Assembly: GCA_964016885.1 (NCBI GenBank)
Contig: OZ024742.1
Location: forward strand, 97,030,001-97,094,000
Reading direction: 5' to 3'
Length of the DNA: 64,000 bases
Origin: Eledone cirrhosa
Lineage: Eukaryota
A program made the position numbers and the translations under genes. Positions within the stretch are counted from its first letter, which is position 1; the number at the start of each line of letters is the position of its first letter. The notes beneath the pieces are model-generated. The model worked only from the letters and a program-made list of their open reading frames with translations, made no database searches and was not told where the DNA came from. Below, piece after piece: positions 25,771 through 42,393 of the stretch.

Positions 25771-27744
25771 AATGTATGTTGTTAATGCTAATATATATAT
25801 GGGTGCGTGTGTAATCAGTGTTGGTGATTTGTAGGAAGGAGAAATAAAGGTATCCTCCAACCAGACTCTTGTTTCGAATATTTGAAACAGTGGAATCTAC
25901 TAAAGGCACCCAAGGGCAAAGTGGTGGTGTTAAACCCAGCACCAGATTGAACACCACCATTTTTTAAGCATACATTAAATAATTAAGTACTTAAACCGTC
26001 AGCATCATCATCATATGTCCTTTTTAAGCTGGCAAATGTTGACCAGCTTGGTATGGTCTGAGATTAGATGACCTGAGAAACATATCACACATCATATTTT
26101 GGCACTATTTCTATGGCTAGATAGACTTCCAGATACCAACCACTTTACATATTGTAATTTGTGCATTTTACTATAGCACCAGCTCTAGTGAAGTTTTCAT
26201 GCCTTGGGCAAACTAGAGAGTCCACTCTATTCTATATTTTCTCTGTTTGTTTAACAACTATGACTCTGAATTAAATATGAGATGGTTATAGGTCTGTATT
26301 GGATTAGACCTAACCTGGGGCTAAACAACAACAACATAACTATATGGATTGTATTGATTTGACAATTCTCAAATGATGTTAACTACCTCTACAGATTCTT
26401 CGTCTTTACAATCAAAATCTTTCTGGCATCACATGTTTATATTGTATCAATCCTTTTCAATGGAAAGGTCAAATTAAGACCAATAGGTTGAAATTGGAAG
26501 CATAATACCTCAACACTGACCATACTTCGCTTATTGTTGTATCAATGAATAAATCTCCTTAACTTCCACAAAAGAAAGTATTTAACACTGATGTATACTA
26601 TGCAATGTATTTCTTATTTCTTATTTTTCTTAAACTACAACAAAATTGGATTTTTCTTTCTATCACAAATATTTTGGTGGTCGTTTGGCTTGACTTGGTT
26701 TTTGGTTGGTTTAGGTTTCCTGTTTGCTGTGTGCTTGTATTTTTCTTTATATATAATTTATTTCTATTTTTATTTTTGTGCTGTGTCTTTCTTGTTAACT
26801 ATTTAATTTGAATAAACTAGCTTTATTATTTGCTCTCTAATTCATTGACCCACACAAATCAATGTCTTGTGTTGAGAGTTTTAGAGAGTTAGTTAGAGTT
26901 GTAGCAGCTATTTACTACACTTGAGAATTTCAGAGACACCATCCTTGTTGCAATCAGTGCCATAGAAAATAACTCCTCTCTCTTTCTCTCTGTAACTATC
27001 TCTCTCTCACTCTCTCACCCCCATTCTCTCCTTCACTGTCTCTTTTCCTGTCTCCAGCTCTGTCATGCATTCTCTGTATCACTATATCTCTCTATCACCG
27101 TCTCTGCCTCTATGACTTTCTCTCTCTCTTCATCTGTGTCTTGCTTTCTCTCTCTCTCCTGTGGAACTGGATTGTATTTACAAGCGATGATGCAAAGCAA
27201 TTTAAAATATAGCTCAATAAATTACAGGAAATTAAGTAGCAGACAAATGCCAAAAATAAAAGAGAAAGAAAAACAGACAAAAAAAATATAAAACCATATT
27301 TACCAGGCAAAACAACATCAGCAACAACAAAAAACAGATAAAGAATGGATAAAACAAAACAAAACAAAAAATATTCATATTTCTCTCATATTTTTGTTCT
27401 TTCACTTGGCTCTTTTGTTCAGTTCTTTGTTTAGTTTATCTCACCATTTGATTGTATGTTAGTTGTTGTTGTCATCATAGTTTTTGTGGTTTTATTTATT
27501 AATTTATTATATTGGCATTATCGTCATTGTGATTATTTTTATTTGTTCTTTATTGCATTAATATTTTCTCCTTTCTCTCTCTTTTTCTTTCTGTCTGTGT
27601 ATCTCTCACTGTCTCAGTCTCTATCACTCTTTTTATCTGTATTACTCTAAGAAGCCAAACATAGTTTCAGTTCGTTTTCTAAGCACCACTTATGGCATGT
27701 ATTCTTGTTGTGAAACACCACCACACAAACATCTCGAATCTACG

Positions 27745-27860
27745 ACAATAATAATAATAATAATAATGATAATAATAATAATAATAATGATGATGATACT
27801 ACTACTACTACTACTACTACCACTACTACTATTAATAATAATAATAATAACAACAACAAC

Positions 27861-27928
<68 letters not shown>
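27745..27928. repeat. Compound (AAT)n/(GAT)n/(ACT)n/(AAC)n microsatellite
   Basis: Direct inspection. Confidence 0.95.
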
Positions 27929-27929
<1 letters not shown>

Positions 27930-28310
27930 CGTGGCATTTTGCTAAAATGTCAGAGTTATAGACATGTTCAACAGCCATACACCACTTCATCATTCTAAAG
28001 CTAGGTGATACTAAAAGTTAAATAGTAAAAAAATTAGAAATCAACAAAATATGATTAAATCTGACACTAATTAAGGTGACAAAAAACTGTTTTCTCTGTG
28101 TATTTCTATATTTTTTATTTATTTACTTTATTTTCATTGTTTCATTGTTTTTGTCGTTGGTTGTTTTTTTCTTTTTTTGAAGATTTCATTTTTATAAAGC
28201 TCATTGCAGTCTAAATGATTGACATTAACACAGACACATATATATATAATATATGCATATGTATATATATGTGTGTGTGTGTATATATATATGTGTGTGT
28301 GTGTGTGTGT

Positions 28311-28860
28311 TTTATGTTAATCTGTGTTGGTTGATCCAATCAACTGACTGGTTATGGTGTAAACAGATAAATGTACTCAACGTCATGGATGCCATAAGGT
28401 ATTATGTGTACTAGCAGAATGGCCCGGCATTGCTCAGGATTCTAAACATAGATTGGCATGTTTATCCCTCCTTTCTACAGAGAAGTACGGAATACCTCGG
28501 CCTTGAGATGGTGTCTTCATTTTGTGCTTATAAAAAAAATTCGTCGTAGATTACCAGGGTTTTTTCCATGCAAAGAAAATCAATACTTTATCGTGAAATA
28601 AATACTTTTGTTTATATTTTGTTATTGTGTATGCAAAAATATCTGTACATGAATATATAATTATATATATATATATATATACAGATGAAGTAGCAATATT
28701 AAGAAAAATGAAGGGAGGCAGTATTATTGTATTCCATTACATAATCGTTATGCAGGATTATGTAATGGAATAACTTATGGCATCCATGACGTTGAGTGCA
28801 TTTACCTCTTTACACCATAACCAGTCAGTTGATTGGATCAACCAACACAGATTAACATAA
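28311..28860. repeat. Inverted-repeat element with ~88-bp arms between (GT)n and (CA)n
   Basis: 28311-28398 is the reverse complement of 28774-28860. Internal hairpin at 28730-28772. Confidence 0.75.
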
Positions 28861-29859
28861 CACACATTCACACACACACACACACACACATTTGAAAGGC
28901 ACCAAATGTTCATTAATCAATGATTATTGAATATATTGTTGTTAGACAGGAAGATCAAATGTAAATAAAAATAGTTTTTTTTGTAATCTTGACTCACTTT
29001 TTATTCTGTTCATAGAAGCCTCATGTTAGACATTCTTGGTCATTGTGTCTGTGTGTGTGCATGTGTATGAGCATGTGTATGAGCATGTGTGTGTACATGT
29101 GTACTTGATTTATTAAACTGTATCTGTAAGTATTTTTTCAGTGAGTGCGCTGGTATGATTGTCTGTCTTTTAAGTGAGGGTGTCCACTCGATTCACCTTT
29201 ATAACATCAGTATCATTTTTAGAAGATATATGAGCAGGTTTGTATTAAATCAATATGTATGGTGGTGGATTAATAGTATTATTACAGTGCCATGAGAAAT
29301 GCTCTGCTGCCTTTAGTCCACATCTTTACATTCTGAGTTTAAATCCTGCAAATGTCAACTTTGCTATTCACCCATCTGTGGACACTAAAATAAGGCACCA
29401 GTCAAGGATTGGGGTCGATATAATTGACCTTCCCCTGTCAAATTTCCGACCTTATACCTATGCTAGAAACCATAATTAAATCAATAGTAGTTGCATGATT
29501 GTCTGTCTTTGAGGAAAGGGCCACCTCTTCAAACATCTTCATCACATCAGGATGTTTAGGATTTGTGAGTATCTTGTGTTTTTAAATATTTTATCAAATT
29601 ACTTTAGTGGCGTTTACAAAACTTTTAGCAATTATAACAGAACTGATGTATTACTAATATTAGGAGAGAGTGTCATTGACTATAATTAAAATGGTGATAA
29701 TTGAAAGATCTTCACAATTAGAATGGAAATGTCATTGTTGATTTAGATTTAGTCAAAGCAAAGTTGCTAAATGGATAATGTACAGAAATACAGTCTCATA
29801 AAATCTTGAATTTATATATATTGCATAGATATTTTCTGATGTATATATTTTGGTAATAT

Positions 29860-29995
29860 AGGCAGCGAATTGGTAGAGTCGTTAGGACATTGGATAGAAT
29901 ACTTTGCAGTATTCGTTTCTGAGTTCAAATCCCAACTTTGCCTTTCATCCATTTAGGGTCAATAAAAACGTAACAGTCAGGTATGGAGTCAATTC
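29860..29995 (+). mobile_element. SINE family 2 (other copies ~19475-19610, 23030-23170, 29290-29475, 38155-38335, 60170-60405)
   Basis: Shared CTGAGTTCAAATCC (B-box-like)..ACTTTGCCTTTCATCC..GGGGTCGATAAAATAAAGTACCAGT consensus. Confidence 0.7.
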
Positions 29996-31626
29996 TTCCT
30001 CTATATCTCTTTCTCATTTCCTTTCTCTCTCACTGTCTATCCTTCTCAGGAAGAAATCTGCTGGAGAGGAGATGGGCTCCGCCAGATTTAACTCATACTC
30101 TAGACATTCTCTTTGTCAATACGGTACTCCAACAACTCCCTCAAGAGTTACGGGACCATGCCATGTCATATTTGAGAAATACTCTGACATCACTCTCTAT
30201 TATATTAATATTTTTGGTCATTCTCTTTTGAATGAATGGCAACCACAAAGAGAAATAAATACTCTTTACCCTTGCAAGGTACCAAACAAATTCACTTATA
30301 GTAGTGCCACAATAAAATGCACCTAGTACCACCTGTTTTAAAGAAGTGTCACATTATATCAAGAATTGCCCACCGCCAAAAATTTGTTTCTCATTTTGTT
30401 TCATTTCTGTCAGTTGATTTGTCCTCTCTTTGTTGATTTTCTTAAGTTTATCTACTAATGTGAGAAACGTGTTTCTCTTCTCCCACCCCATTTATTGCAA
30501 TGACTTACATTTTTAACACAATATCTTACTTTCTTTTGCGTTGTTTCTTTACTTTTATCTTCCTTATTTTATTTGTTTCATTCATGTCTTTCGTTGACGT
30601 CATGCACAATTCTCTATGTTTTGTAGCTTAATTACTGTAAATATATGTTTTGACTCTCATCTCTAACTCCACTGGAGGGCATTTGACCTTTGTCAGATGC
30701 ATGTGTACGCATCTCCAAGCCCTCCAGGGTGTGGAGGCAGATTGCTGTATTGTTTTGGAAAGGTTTGCATCTAACGATACGGATAAACCTTCTGGGCTGA
30801 GAAATTTAGTGGTGCTGGACATGGACATCAGTGATTGACATACTTTCAGGGCGGTGACTGACTATGCCCGACAGGGGAAGGGTGACTGGATTTATTCAGT
30901 CACTTGGAGACATTTCATATACACTTTAGTATTAGTGAACGACCGCAACGGTATCTTACATGCACACTGTGACTGTGTAGGACTAGCAAATAAAGGAGAA
31001 GGGGAATCATCAATAAAAATGGTATTTCTCTTTGAAAAGATCGATTAGACTAGAATTGACAAGGTTTAGTAAAGGTGTAGTGATAGAGAAGACTAGTATA
31101 GGGTGCTAGCTAGTTGGAAAGCTAGAATAAGCACATAGAAACAGCATCACGACTGACATGCTTGCGGTGAAATTGAACGTAGACTAATTCTTCAAAGCTA
31201 AGCACGATGGCTACATTGTCAGAACTAGAGCAACTGCTCTTAGTCAGAAGGGAATGACTGGTGGTGGTGTAGCATGGCAACAAAGCCACAATCCATAAAT
31301 TGGCGGACCACATTAGTCAGCTTTTATGCAATCCCTAGCAGATATGCGCGTCTTTTCAGCAACTCTTCCCTAAAAAATTCGGGAACAGTAGCACGCTGGA
31401 TTGCGGGATGAATTTCATTGCCTATCATGCCAGCCAGCCATGGTTTTCAGTGACTCATGTATAGTGTTGCTAAAAGCTTCTGAAATACGGAAGGCGATGA
31501 CAATCTGCATGACAAGTAAATCACTTGTTTTGGGTGATGATGGGTGGTCTGATCTACAAGCTTTACTTTTACATGCCTCTTGAGAAATGACCCAATCAAG
31601 GAGGGTAATATTGATGATTTTAGAGC

Positions 31627-31705
<79 letters not shown>

Positions 31706-31710
<5 letters not shown>

Positions 31711-32157
31711 ATATTAATAAATAGAAACTATATTTATAAAACCATATTTATTTTATTATATATATTTCAAAGGAGACCAAGGTAAATTACAGTGCGCTTT
31801 CATCAGATAAAATACAGATTTGTTTTATAAATAAATATTGACATACCCGGAAAAAAGACAACCCCAACGAATGACATTCGCTGGATAGTGAGGTTGATAT
31901 TTCAACCGTTTAGGTTGTCTTTTTTCCGGGTATTTCAATATTAATTTATAAAACAAATCTATATTTTATCTGCGGAAAGCGCACCATAATTTACTTTGGT
32001 CGCTCTTGAAATATATATAATAAAATAAATATGGGTTAATAAATATAGTTTCCATTTATTAATATATTGTGTATTTACGCCACTCTTTGTTGGGTGCTTT
32101 ATATCAGTTATAAAAATTGTTAAGCTTGTTGAGTCCCGACAAATTAAATATAAACTC

Positions 32158-32160
<3 letters not shown>
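31706..32160. mobile_element. Fold-back mini-element from a Penelope terminus with two hammerhead motifs
   Basis: Arms ~31706-31865 and 31912-32069. The tail 32070-32160 is homologous to the reverse complement of 53220-53310. Confidence 0.8.
31749..31814 (-). ncRNA. Type I hammerhead ribozyme
   Basis: uauuuuau-CUGAUGA-aag...cuuu-GAAA-uauaua-UA-auaaaaua. The plus-strand partner at 31962-32027 has a mutated core (CTGCGGA) but a better stem II. Confidence 0.7.
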
Positions 32161-32228
<68 letters not shown>

Positions 32229-32296
32229 ATACTTGGGGAGGGTCATATTTGTGTAATATTGCCAGAATTAATAACAGATATGTATATATATATTTG

Positions 32297-32415
<119 letters not shown>

Positions 32416-32682
32416 AGTGAGTGTGAAAGACCAGAGGTCATTATCGAAAGTCTCTGAATTTCACGTAATACATAATATTTTTTATTGGAGAAGGTAAGAT
32501 ATTTTCCCGCAAAAATTTGATTGCACTGTTTTGTTTCCCCTTATGTATTTTTTGAAAATGTTGTTTATTCATTATAAAAATTAAATGATAACATTCTATA
32601 TGTAGATGTGCTCCGTTCATCTCTTGGCAACCAATATTTTAGGCCAAGTTCGCCATTGTATATATATATATTTTTTTTTTCG

Positions 32683-32938
32683 TCATTTTACGTCTGCTTT
32701 TTCCTGCTTGCAAGGGTGGGACGGGAATTGATTCTGGCTTGATTTCTACAGCTGGATGCCCTTCCTAACACCAACCTCATTTACAATGAGTACTGGGTGC
32801 TTTTTTCCTGTGGCACCTCCACGACCACTTTGCAGTGGAATGATATGGACCCCAGTCCCTATCATCTCATTTCTACAGCTGAGTAAACTGGAGCAATGTG
32901 AAATAAAGTGTCTTGCTCAAAGAAACAACACATCACCC

Positions 32939-32939
<1 letters not shown>
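32683..32939 (-). mobile_element. SINE family 1 copy lacking the tRNA head
   Basis: Matches the body of 2593-3045 and ends in (TA)n. Confidence 0.75.
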
Positions 32940-33037
<98 letters not shown>

Positions 33038-33824
33038 TATATATATAAACATATATATATATTGCCAATCATTGTAAGTTTGAATATGACATGCAAAAAC
33101 ATATATATATGAATAAAGTAGGCCCAAATCATAGTAAATTCAAATATCACAGAGAGAAAAGAGGAAGAGAATGAGGTGCAACAGAAATGAAACATACATT
33201 ACAGGTTAAAATATAGTCTAGATAGATGAGAAACAAAACGAGGATGTAGCTTATGGAACACCGAAATGGTTTAGAAATCGACTTTAAATAGGAGCAATAA
33301 CATTAAGAAAGACATGAACGACATCACATCATTTTGTATTGAAACTTTTGAAAGTAGGTTTATACATATGAATTTTCAGCAGATTTTCGTAGGTGTCTCA
33401 GTGGACTAGCAGTAGGTACTAGAGACGGTGGAGATCCTGGTCTTGGGTTAAATCCTGGTCTCTTTTAGTTTTTATTTTACATCCCATAGAAAAAACTCAA
33501 AAGGTCTACCGGGACCCCTATTTCCGACCAGGATCGAACGTCAGACCAGGTTCACCACCGTCTATGATTACTCCAACTAGGCTACCGAAACAGATACAAA
33601 CGTTTAATGAAAATTAATAATTATAAACCTACTTTCTAAATCAAACTTAAAACTATGTGGTGTCGCTCATGGTTTTCCTAGAGCTATTAGTCATATTTAG
33701 GGTCGGCTTTTCAATCTTCTGGCTCTTTGGTAACAACCTTATTATTCCTATGTGTGTTTAACTGTTGAATTAATATAATTTGATTATTTTAACAAACAAA
33801 TAATATATATATATATATACTTAC

Positions 33825-33966
<142 letters not shown>

Positions 33967-34420
33967 ATATATATACACGTATATATATACATATATACAC
34001 GTGGTTTAACTTACCACCGTGTCATTCACTTATTTGGTGCAGAGCGAAATACCTGTTGATAACGTGATATTCCTTGTTCGATCGTTATACCCAAAGCTTA
34101 TATTTTTAAGCACACGGTATTTTGATTTAGGTGTCAGAGAAACTTGACATCGGATTTTAACAGCAATTCCGGGAGTCCAGGTCTCGTTATCATTTATTTT
34201 TTTATCATTTATTTTGTTTTGACCTGTTTAGCTTGATTTGGTTTTTGGCTTGGGTGGTTAATGCCTTCTTGACCACCTTTTCAGTTTTGTATGGCTTCTT
34301 AACACATTGTTTAGCTCTGTTTTTTTAACTATTGAGCACTTTGCCAGTATCATTTCTAATTTTTGCGTTTCGCTTCGCTTTTCCTGGCCGCCGAAATGCA
34401 TTTCTCGCTGAATCTTTATT

Positions 34421-36520
<2,100 letters not shown>

Positions 36521-37767
36521 TCTCATCCAGAAATAGACCGAAAGGCAGCTATCCTTCAATGGTCGGTTAGCGGTTTGCCAACTCATACATCATGTCCGTG
36601 AATAGTTCTGGTCCACGACTGAGTGTACTTCATTGTTTGTGGAAGTAATTAGTTGAAAGTAATTAAGTACAACGCAGGTAATTGCTGAGTGAAATGAGGT
36701 CGCGTAATATCAAAAATTATAATTGACATCGACATATAATATAAAATAAAACATTTCATGTAATTAATTACATTTATTACTTATTATTATAACTACCCAC
36801 TCTTCGCAGTTTATGTTGGTGGCTCGCATTACTAAGGTATCATGTGAGGCCTGTGAGGGTGCCTGTTTGTTTCAGCGCCCTAGCTTCGCCATCACCCTTG
36901 GTAACGCTGCGAGTATATTGGTTTGCCTCAAAATACTCCGTTGGCCCTTGTGATATGTGGCCTATTGTCGCATTTGGCGGTGAATTGATGGATGTTTTTG
37001 CTTGATTTGCTTTTTTCTCGCGCTCAGATTGTATATATTGGTGCGTTATATTTGTGAGGTTCCTAGTTAATTGCATTTATTATACGCGTTTATATTTCCT
37101 TTCTGAAAGAATTGTGGACAGTTTGTAATATTTATACAACTGTGAATAAAGTTCTCTCTCTATATATATATATACATATGCCTTTTAGTATTTTCTCATG
37201 GCTAGAATAGGTGGCGTTCTGCCAGTCGCGATAACATCTCCAGCCGTAACTATTATTTTTATAATTTTGATTATTTACCACTGGTTCTCAATTTTTGATA
37301 ATCTTTGTAAACTATAGTTTTTATAATGCTTTACCCCATTAATTTTGATACCCTTTAAGAGATGCACCGTCACTCTATGTTGGTTTTCGACCAAGAACTA
37401 GCATAGCCATCACACGCTAAAAAACACTGCAGACGCTATAAAATGCATCAAATAGTTCACTCTGAGTGACTTTATGACTGACCGAAATTTGTCCCTGTCA
37501 AACAACACTTGAGACATCATCATTGATGATACGTATAACATTGTTGCGGCTCTCTAGAGTTAACATTTTTATGAACATTTTTTAGTTTTTACCTTGCTTT
37601 ATTTTTTATTTTATTTATAGTTTTTTTTTCATTTTGAAGCAGTAATTTATGTTAAAGAGACAATTGACTTAGGGTAGAAATCTATTGGTCACAAACTGTT
37701 TTACTATATATAATACAATAGACTTTAGTCTGATAAATGTGTCCGGACACATAAGAGCCCAACTCTC

Positions 37768-38485
37768 TTAATTAAGCCAGTATCATTAACATACAAAGTA
37801 AAAGGAGAGCAGAGTGCACACTTATACGTTAAATAGTGAGAAAAACGGTTTTGTGTGGGCATAGAGTTATATTCTCTGACTCAGGGCTAATGCATTAGTT
37901 TCTGTTACCTCATCCGCTAGCGACCCTCCATAAGGAGCTGGCATGCAAGGAAATTAGGTAATGCTCTTAAGCATTACGTAATTGGCTGAGAACAGCTTCA
38001 TCAGCGAGGAAATAGCCTCTTCGGAACAGGTCAGTATGAGCCTACTGTGTTGGTATGAAGTTGCTATTACAGTAGTAAGCTCCACTATCAGTGTTACGTG
38101 ACAGGGAATAGGAGGGGAGCTATCATCGGCTATATAATATTATATATTTATTAATGGACAGTGAATTGACAGTATCGGTAGAGGGTCGGACGCCAAGTTT
38201 CCAGCATAGTTATGTCCCTTTACGGTCTGAGTTCAAATCTCGTCGAGGTTAACTTTGCCTTACCAGGTCGATAAAATAAAGTACCGGTAATGAACTGGGT
38301 AATTGCTGGCCTTGTGGCAAAAGTAGAAACAATTATATATTTATTAATGTTCATACCCAGAACAAAGCACTACCTAAGGTTTCAGGCCCAATATTGCCCA
38401 CATCGCCAGATTGTAATAAATAATACAATATATCATTTCTCATTGCTGATTGAGTACTGTTTTTCCCTTTTCACACCTATGGATA
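37768..38485 (+). repeat. Unclassified dispersed repeat interrupted by a SINE; second copy at 59636-60157 in the opposite orientation
   Basis: 37768-38130 and 38335-38485 align to the reverse complement of 59636-60157. Both end CCTATGGA(TA)n. Confidence 0.7.
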
Positions 38486-39507
38486 TATTATATATATGTG
38501 TATAATGATTCACGTCATATGTGAGGCACCAGACATATTCCCTTACCTCCCACAAAATTGTATATATTTTCTAGCTTAACAGCTATAAATCACTGTTTTA
38601 TCTTTCGTCTCTAACTCAGCGTTTGGATTATCTCAGACGCTGCGACATAAGACTATAGTAGATGACTCTTGCCTAAGTTGCCACAGAGTGATGTGAACTT
38701 CTTAACAATACAGCCAAAATGTTGCTTATATTACACTGCCATTGTCTGGGCCTATAAAAATGTAAATTTTATGACAATAATTTGAAAAAGACCTATCTAA
38801 CCAACATCAGTGTGGATTTTTAAATAGATGTTAAAAACATTTATGGTGATACGATGTTGAATTGTAAAAAATTTATGACAATGCACTGTTGCCTAAAAGC
38901 GAATTTATTCCTCCATCTATAAAATATGGGTTGCAATATCTCAAATAATAGATAAATATATGAGATTCAATCATAGGTGGATGCCAGAAGATTAAAGGAA
39001 CAGTCCACACTTTATATTTTTATATCATGTGTTTAAGCTTTCTCATCTCATAACGTTTATTTACATCATCAAAAGGTTTATTTTCCCTTCCTTTGTTTCT
39101 GTATAAAACAAGAATGTTCTAGAAGTAAGCGAAAGCTAAAAATATTACTGTTTTATGGTAAAATAATTCTAACACCTCCGTGTTTCTGTAAAACTGTTAA
39201 CCTTTTGGTTTAAAGTATTTTTTGTGATTATTTTTCCTAGTATTTTGTTATAATTTTTGTTAGTTTTTTTCTTTGTCTCATTTTTCATTTTTAAACTTCT
39301 GTTTGTTGTTGTTTTGTTGTTGTTCTTTTATTTATTTACTTTTTTTCTGTACCGAACCGAAATATCTAACATTTCTGTATTGAGAAGCCATTATTGTAAA
39401 CTATAATTTTTAATGTAATATTTTTTTGACAATCCAATAAAAAAAATACAAGCATCTCTCCCTCTTACTTTCTCACTCTCTCTTTATCTATCTATCTATC
39501 TATCTAT

Positions 39508-39615
<108 letters not shown>

Positions 39616-40221
39616 ATCTATCAATCTGTCTATCTATCTATCTATTTAGTTGTTTGTCTGTCTAAAGATATCTAACTGACTATATGTTCCCTTTCTGTTC
39701 CTCACTTACATCCTCATTCTCTCAGCGTCTTTCATTTATCTATTGCCCACTCTTCGTCTTCCTTTCTCACTTTCTCATGCCCCTCACACTCTCTCTCCTT
39801 TTCTCTCCCCCTCCCGCTCTCTTTCACTCTTTCTCTTTCTCTCACACCTGGATACGTACACACACCTTCACTTTCTCTCACTTCTTTTCCCCTCTCTCAC
39901 CATTCCAAAGACAGTGTCAGTGCAAATGAACTAGGAGTTCAGCAACAAAAGCAACAACATCACTGACACAATGATATTAAAGAATGGAGTAAAAAACACC
40001 ATTATTGCTGTAATGTTGATAAAGAAGGAATAGAGTAAATTAAAATATTTACATTAACTTGTAAAGTCCTGTAACACATGAAACCACATTAGCAAGACAT
40101 TCTTGAGATATTCAAAGCGGCTCTATATCTATATAACATTAAAAATGTAATTCTTTAATTTAGTTTACTGCAAATGATCACAATGATCTGTCCACTGGTA
40201 AAGACTCCCAGGTAGGATTAT

Positions 40222-40441
40222 CCCTTTAGCATTTAAACCGGCCATATCCAGCCATAATTCTCTCACCTTTTTCCATTTAAACCAGCCATAACCAGCTGAT
40301 CATACTTATGTTAAGGTATTGTTCTCAAAATAAATGATATCGAAATCTCGTATATTCAATATTATGTGAGATATTATGTAAGATGAACTGTTTACTGTGA
40401 AAATACAATAGTTTATATAGAATAATGTAAATGCTAAAGGG
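40222..40441. mobile_element. piggyBac-type MITE
   Basis: 14-bp TIRs CCCTTTAGCATTTA / TAAATGCTAAAGGG flanked by TTAT and TTAA. Confidence 0.65.
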
Positions 40442-40637
40442 TTAACCATTAAGCAACTAGGGTATCAAAATAAGAACACCATTGAAATGTTATATTGTCA
40501 GTTTACCATGGAGCATAGAGTGTACCTAAACGAGCATCCACAAAATGGGATATGACAACAAATTAAACAGTGAGTGGGTTCTGTTATTATTTCTGGAAAT
40601 ATTATTACAACAATATGACCCTCCCCAAGAATAACGA

Positions 40638-40700
<63 letters not shown>

Positions 40701-40702
<2 letters not shown>

Positions 40703-41122
40703 CTCTGGCCAACAACTGGTCCGTTTCTTCCGATATCATTTCGGAAGAAGGATCAGGATGGAGAGAGAGGTGCTGCACCCCAGCCGTTTCTATGAAAGAT
40801 GGGTGAAAGTGGCGAGAATGGCCCGTGTGAATGGGCCTTCACTCTACATCAGACTATAGGTGAGGAAGATGAAAGACCAAGGGAGCACCCCTTCTCTGTG
40901 CTCCTGAGGAGAAGGGTTGCACACTTTTTTCGGGGGTGTGTGCGACCCCCCAAGGCGCCTCCTCTCTATTGAGGATTTTGTTATAAATTTTATTTTTTGT
41001 TATATCTTATTTTATTTTTATATTTTGTTATTGCCTCCTCCTTATTGAGGACGCCTTTTTGTGTAAACTCCCCCCTTTGTACTTGTCCCACTTTTGATGC
41101 CCTAGTGGCAAATAAAAGAAAC
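40701..41122 (+). mobile_element. Tx1-clade LINE 3' stub
   Basis: Near-identical to 41718-42140. Ends AATAAAAGAAA then (ATCT)n. Confidence 0.85.
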
Positions 41123-41146
41123 ATATCTATCTATCTATCTATCTAT

Positions 41147-42140
41147 CTCGCCTGGGCGCCTGGCACACTGAGTGTGCCCAGGCGCTCACCGCCCTCTGGC
41201 AGGCGGATCCGGTTATCAGTGGAGACTCCACCGCAACATTCTATAGAGGGCTGGTACGCAGCAGGTGCGACGACGCCCTCGGAGAAGCCCTAGACATGGA
41301 GGAGGACGAACTGGCCAGCCTGTTCGGTAGGACATTCAGCCCGGGACCTATGGACAACTTCCAGAAGTCCCTGGCCTGGCAGTGCTACCGAGGGGCTTTA
41401 CCCGTTCGAGAAAGGCTCTACAGACACGGGCGCCCGGGTAGGGACCCCGCCAAAAAGATCTGTCCCAGATGCGTGTGCGACGAGGAAACCGTTGCACACG
41501 CATTAGTACACTGCTCGGGCGTAGCCGATCTGTGGGGCTATGTCGAACAACTGCTGTCAAGGGTGGGACCGATCCGGTTGACCACCGAGTCTATTGTAAT
41601 GATCAAGCCGCCTCCCCCCTTCAAAGATGAAGCAGAGGCGGTGTTTCTGTGCGTAATAGCCATGGCGAAAGAGGTTGTATGGTGGACGCGTCTGAAAGGA
41701 CTGAGGTCGGGCACCTTTCTCTCTGGCCAACAACTGGTCCGGTTCTTCCGATATCATTTCGGAAGAAGGATCAGGATGGAGAGAGAGGTGCTGCACCCCA
41801 GCCGTTTCTATGAAAGATGGGTGAAAGTGGCGAGAATGGCCCGTGTGAATGGGCCTTCACTCTACATCAGACTATAGGTGAGGAAGATGAAAGACCAAGG
41901 GAGCACCCCTTCTCTGTGCTCCTGAGGAGAAGGGTTGCACACTTTTTTTCGGGGGTGTGTGCGACCCCCCAAGGCGCCTCCTCTCTATTGAGGATTTTGT
42001 TAAAAATTTTATTTTTTGTTATATCTTATTTTATTTTTATATTTTGTTATTGCCTTCTCCTTATTGAGGACGCCTTTTTGTGTAAACTCCCCCCTTTGTA
42101 CTTGTCCCACTTTTGATGCCCTAGTGGCAAATAAAAGAAA
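41147..42140 (+). mobile_element. Tx1-clade LINE 5'-truncated copy
   Basis: ORF 41296-41877 has a CPRC-x8-H-x4-C zinc-binding motif and is homologous to 47210-47793. Confidence 0.9.
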
Positions 42141-42393
42141 TATATCTATCTATCTCTCTCTCTCTATCAGACGTGTGTAACTTCGCGGAGAAGTTTCCGT
42201 TAATTTATGTAAGAAAAAAACGTGAGTTTTCAGTTAAATTTTATATTATTGTGTAAATTGACCCCCCCCCCCCCCCCGTCTGGACCCTCAGGTGGTGGGT
42301 CAGCTCATTTTCGCCCCTACAGGGGCGAAATATTAGTTTGAAAAAATTTTTCTCCATAGAATTTTGGAAAAAATATAAGAAGTTTGATTACGT

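Noticed and set aside
26600-27370. Long-range pairing between T-rich and A-rich tracts
   Set aside because: Similarity is not distinguishable by eye from low-complexity composition.
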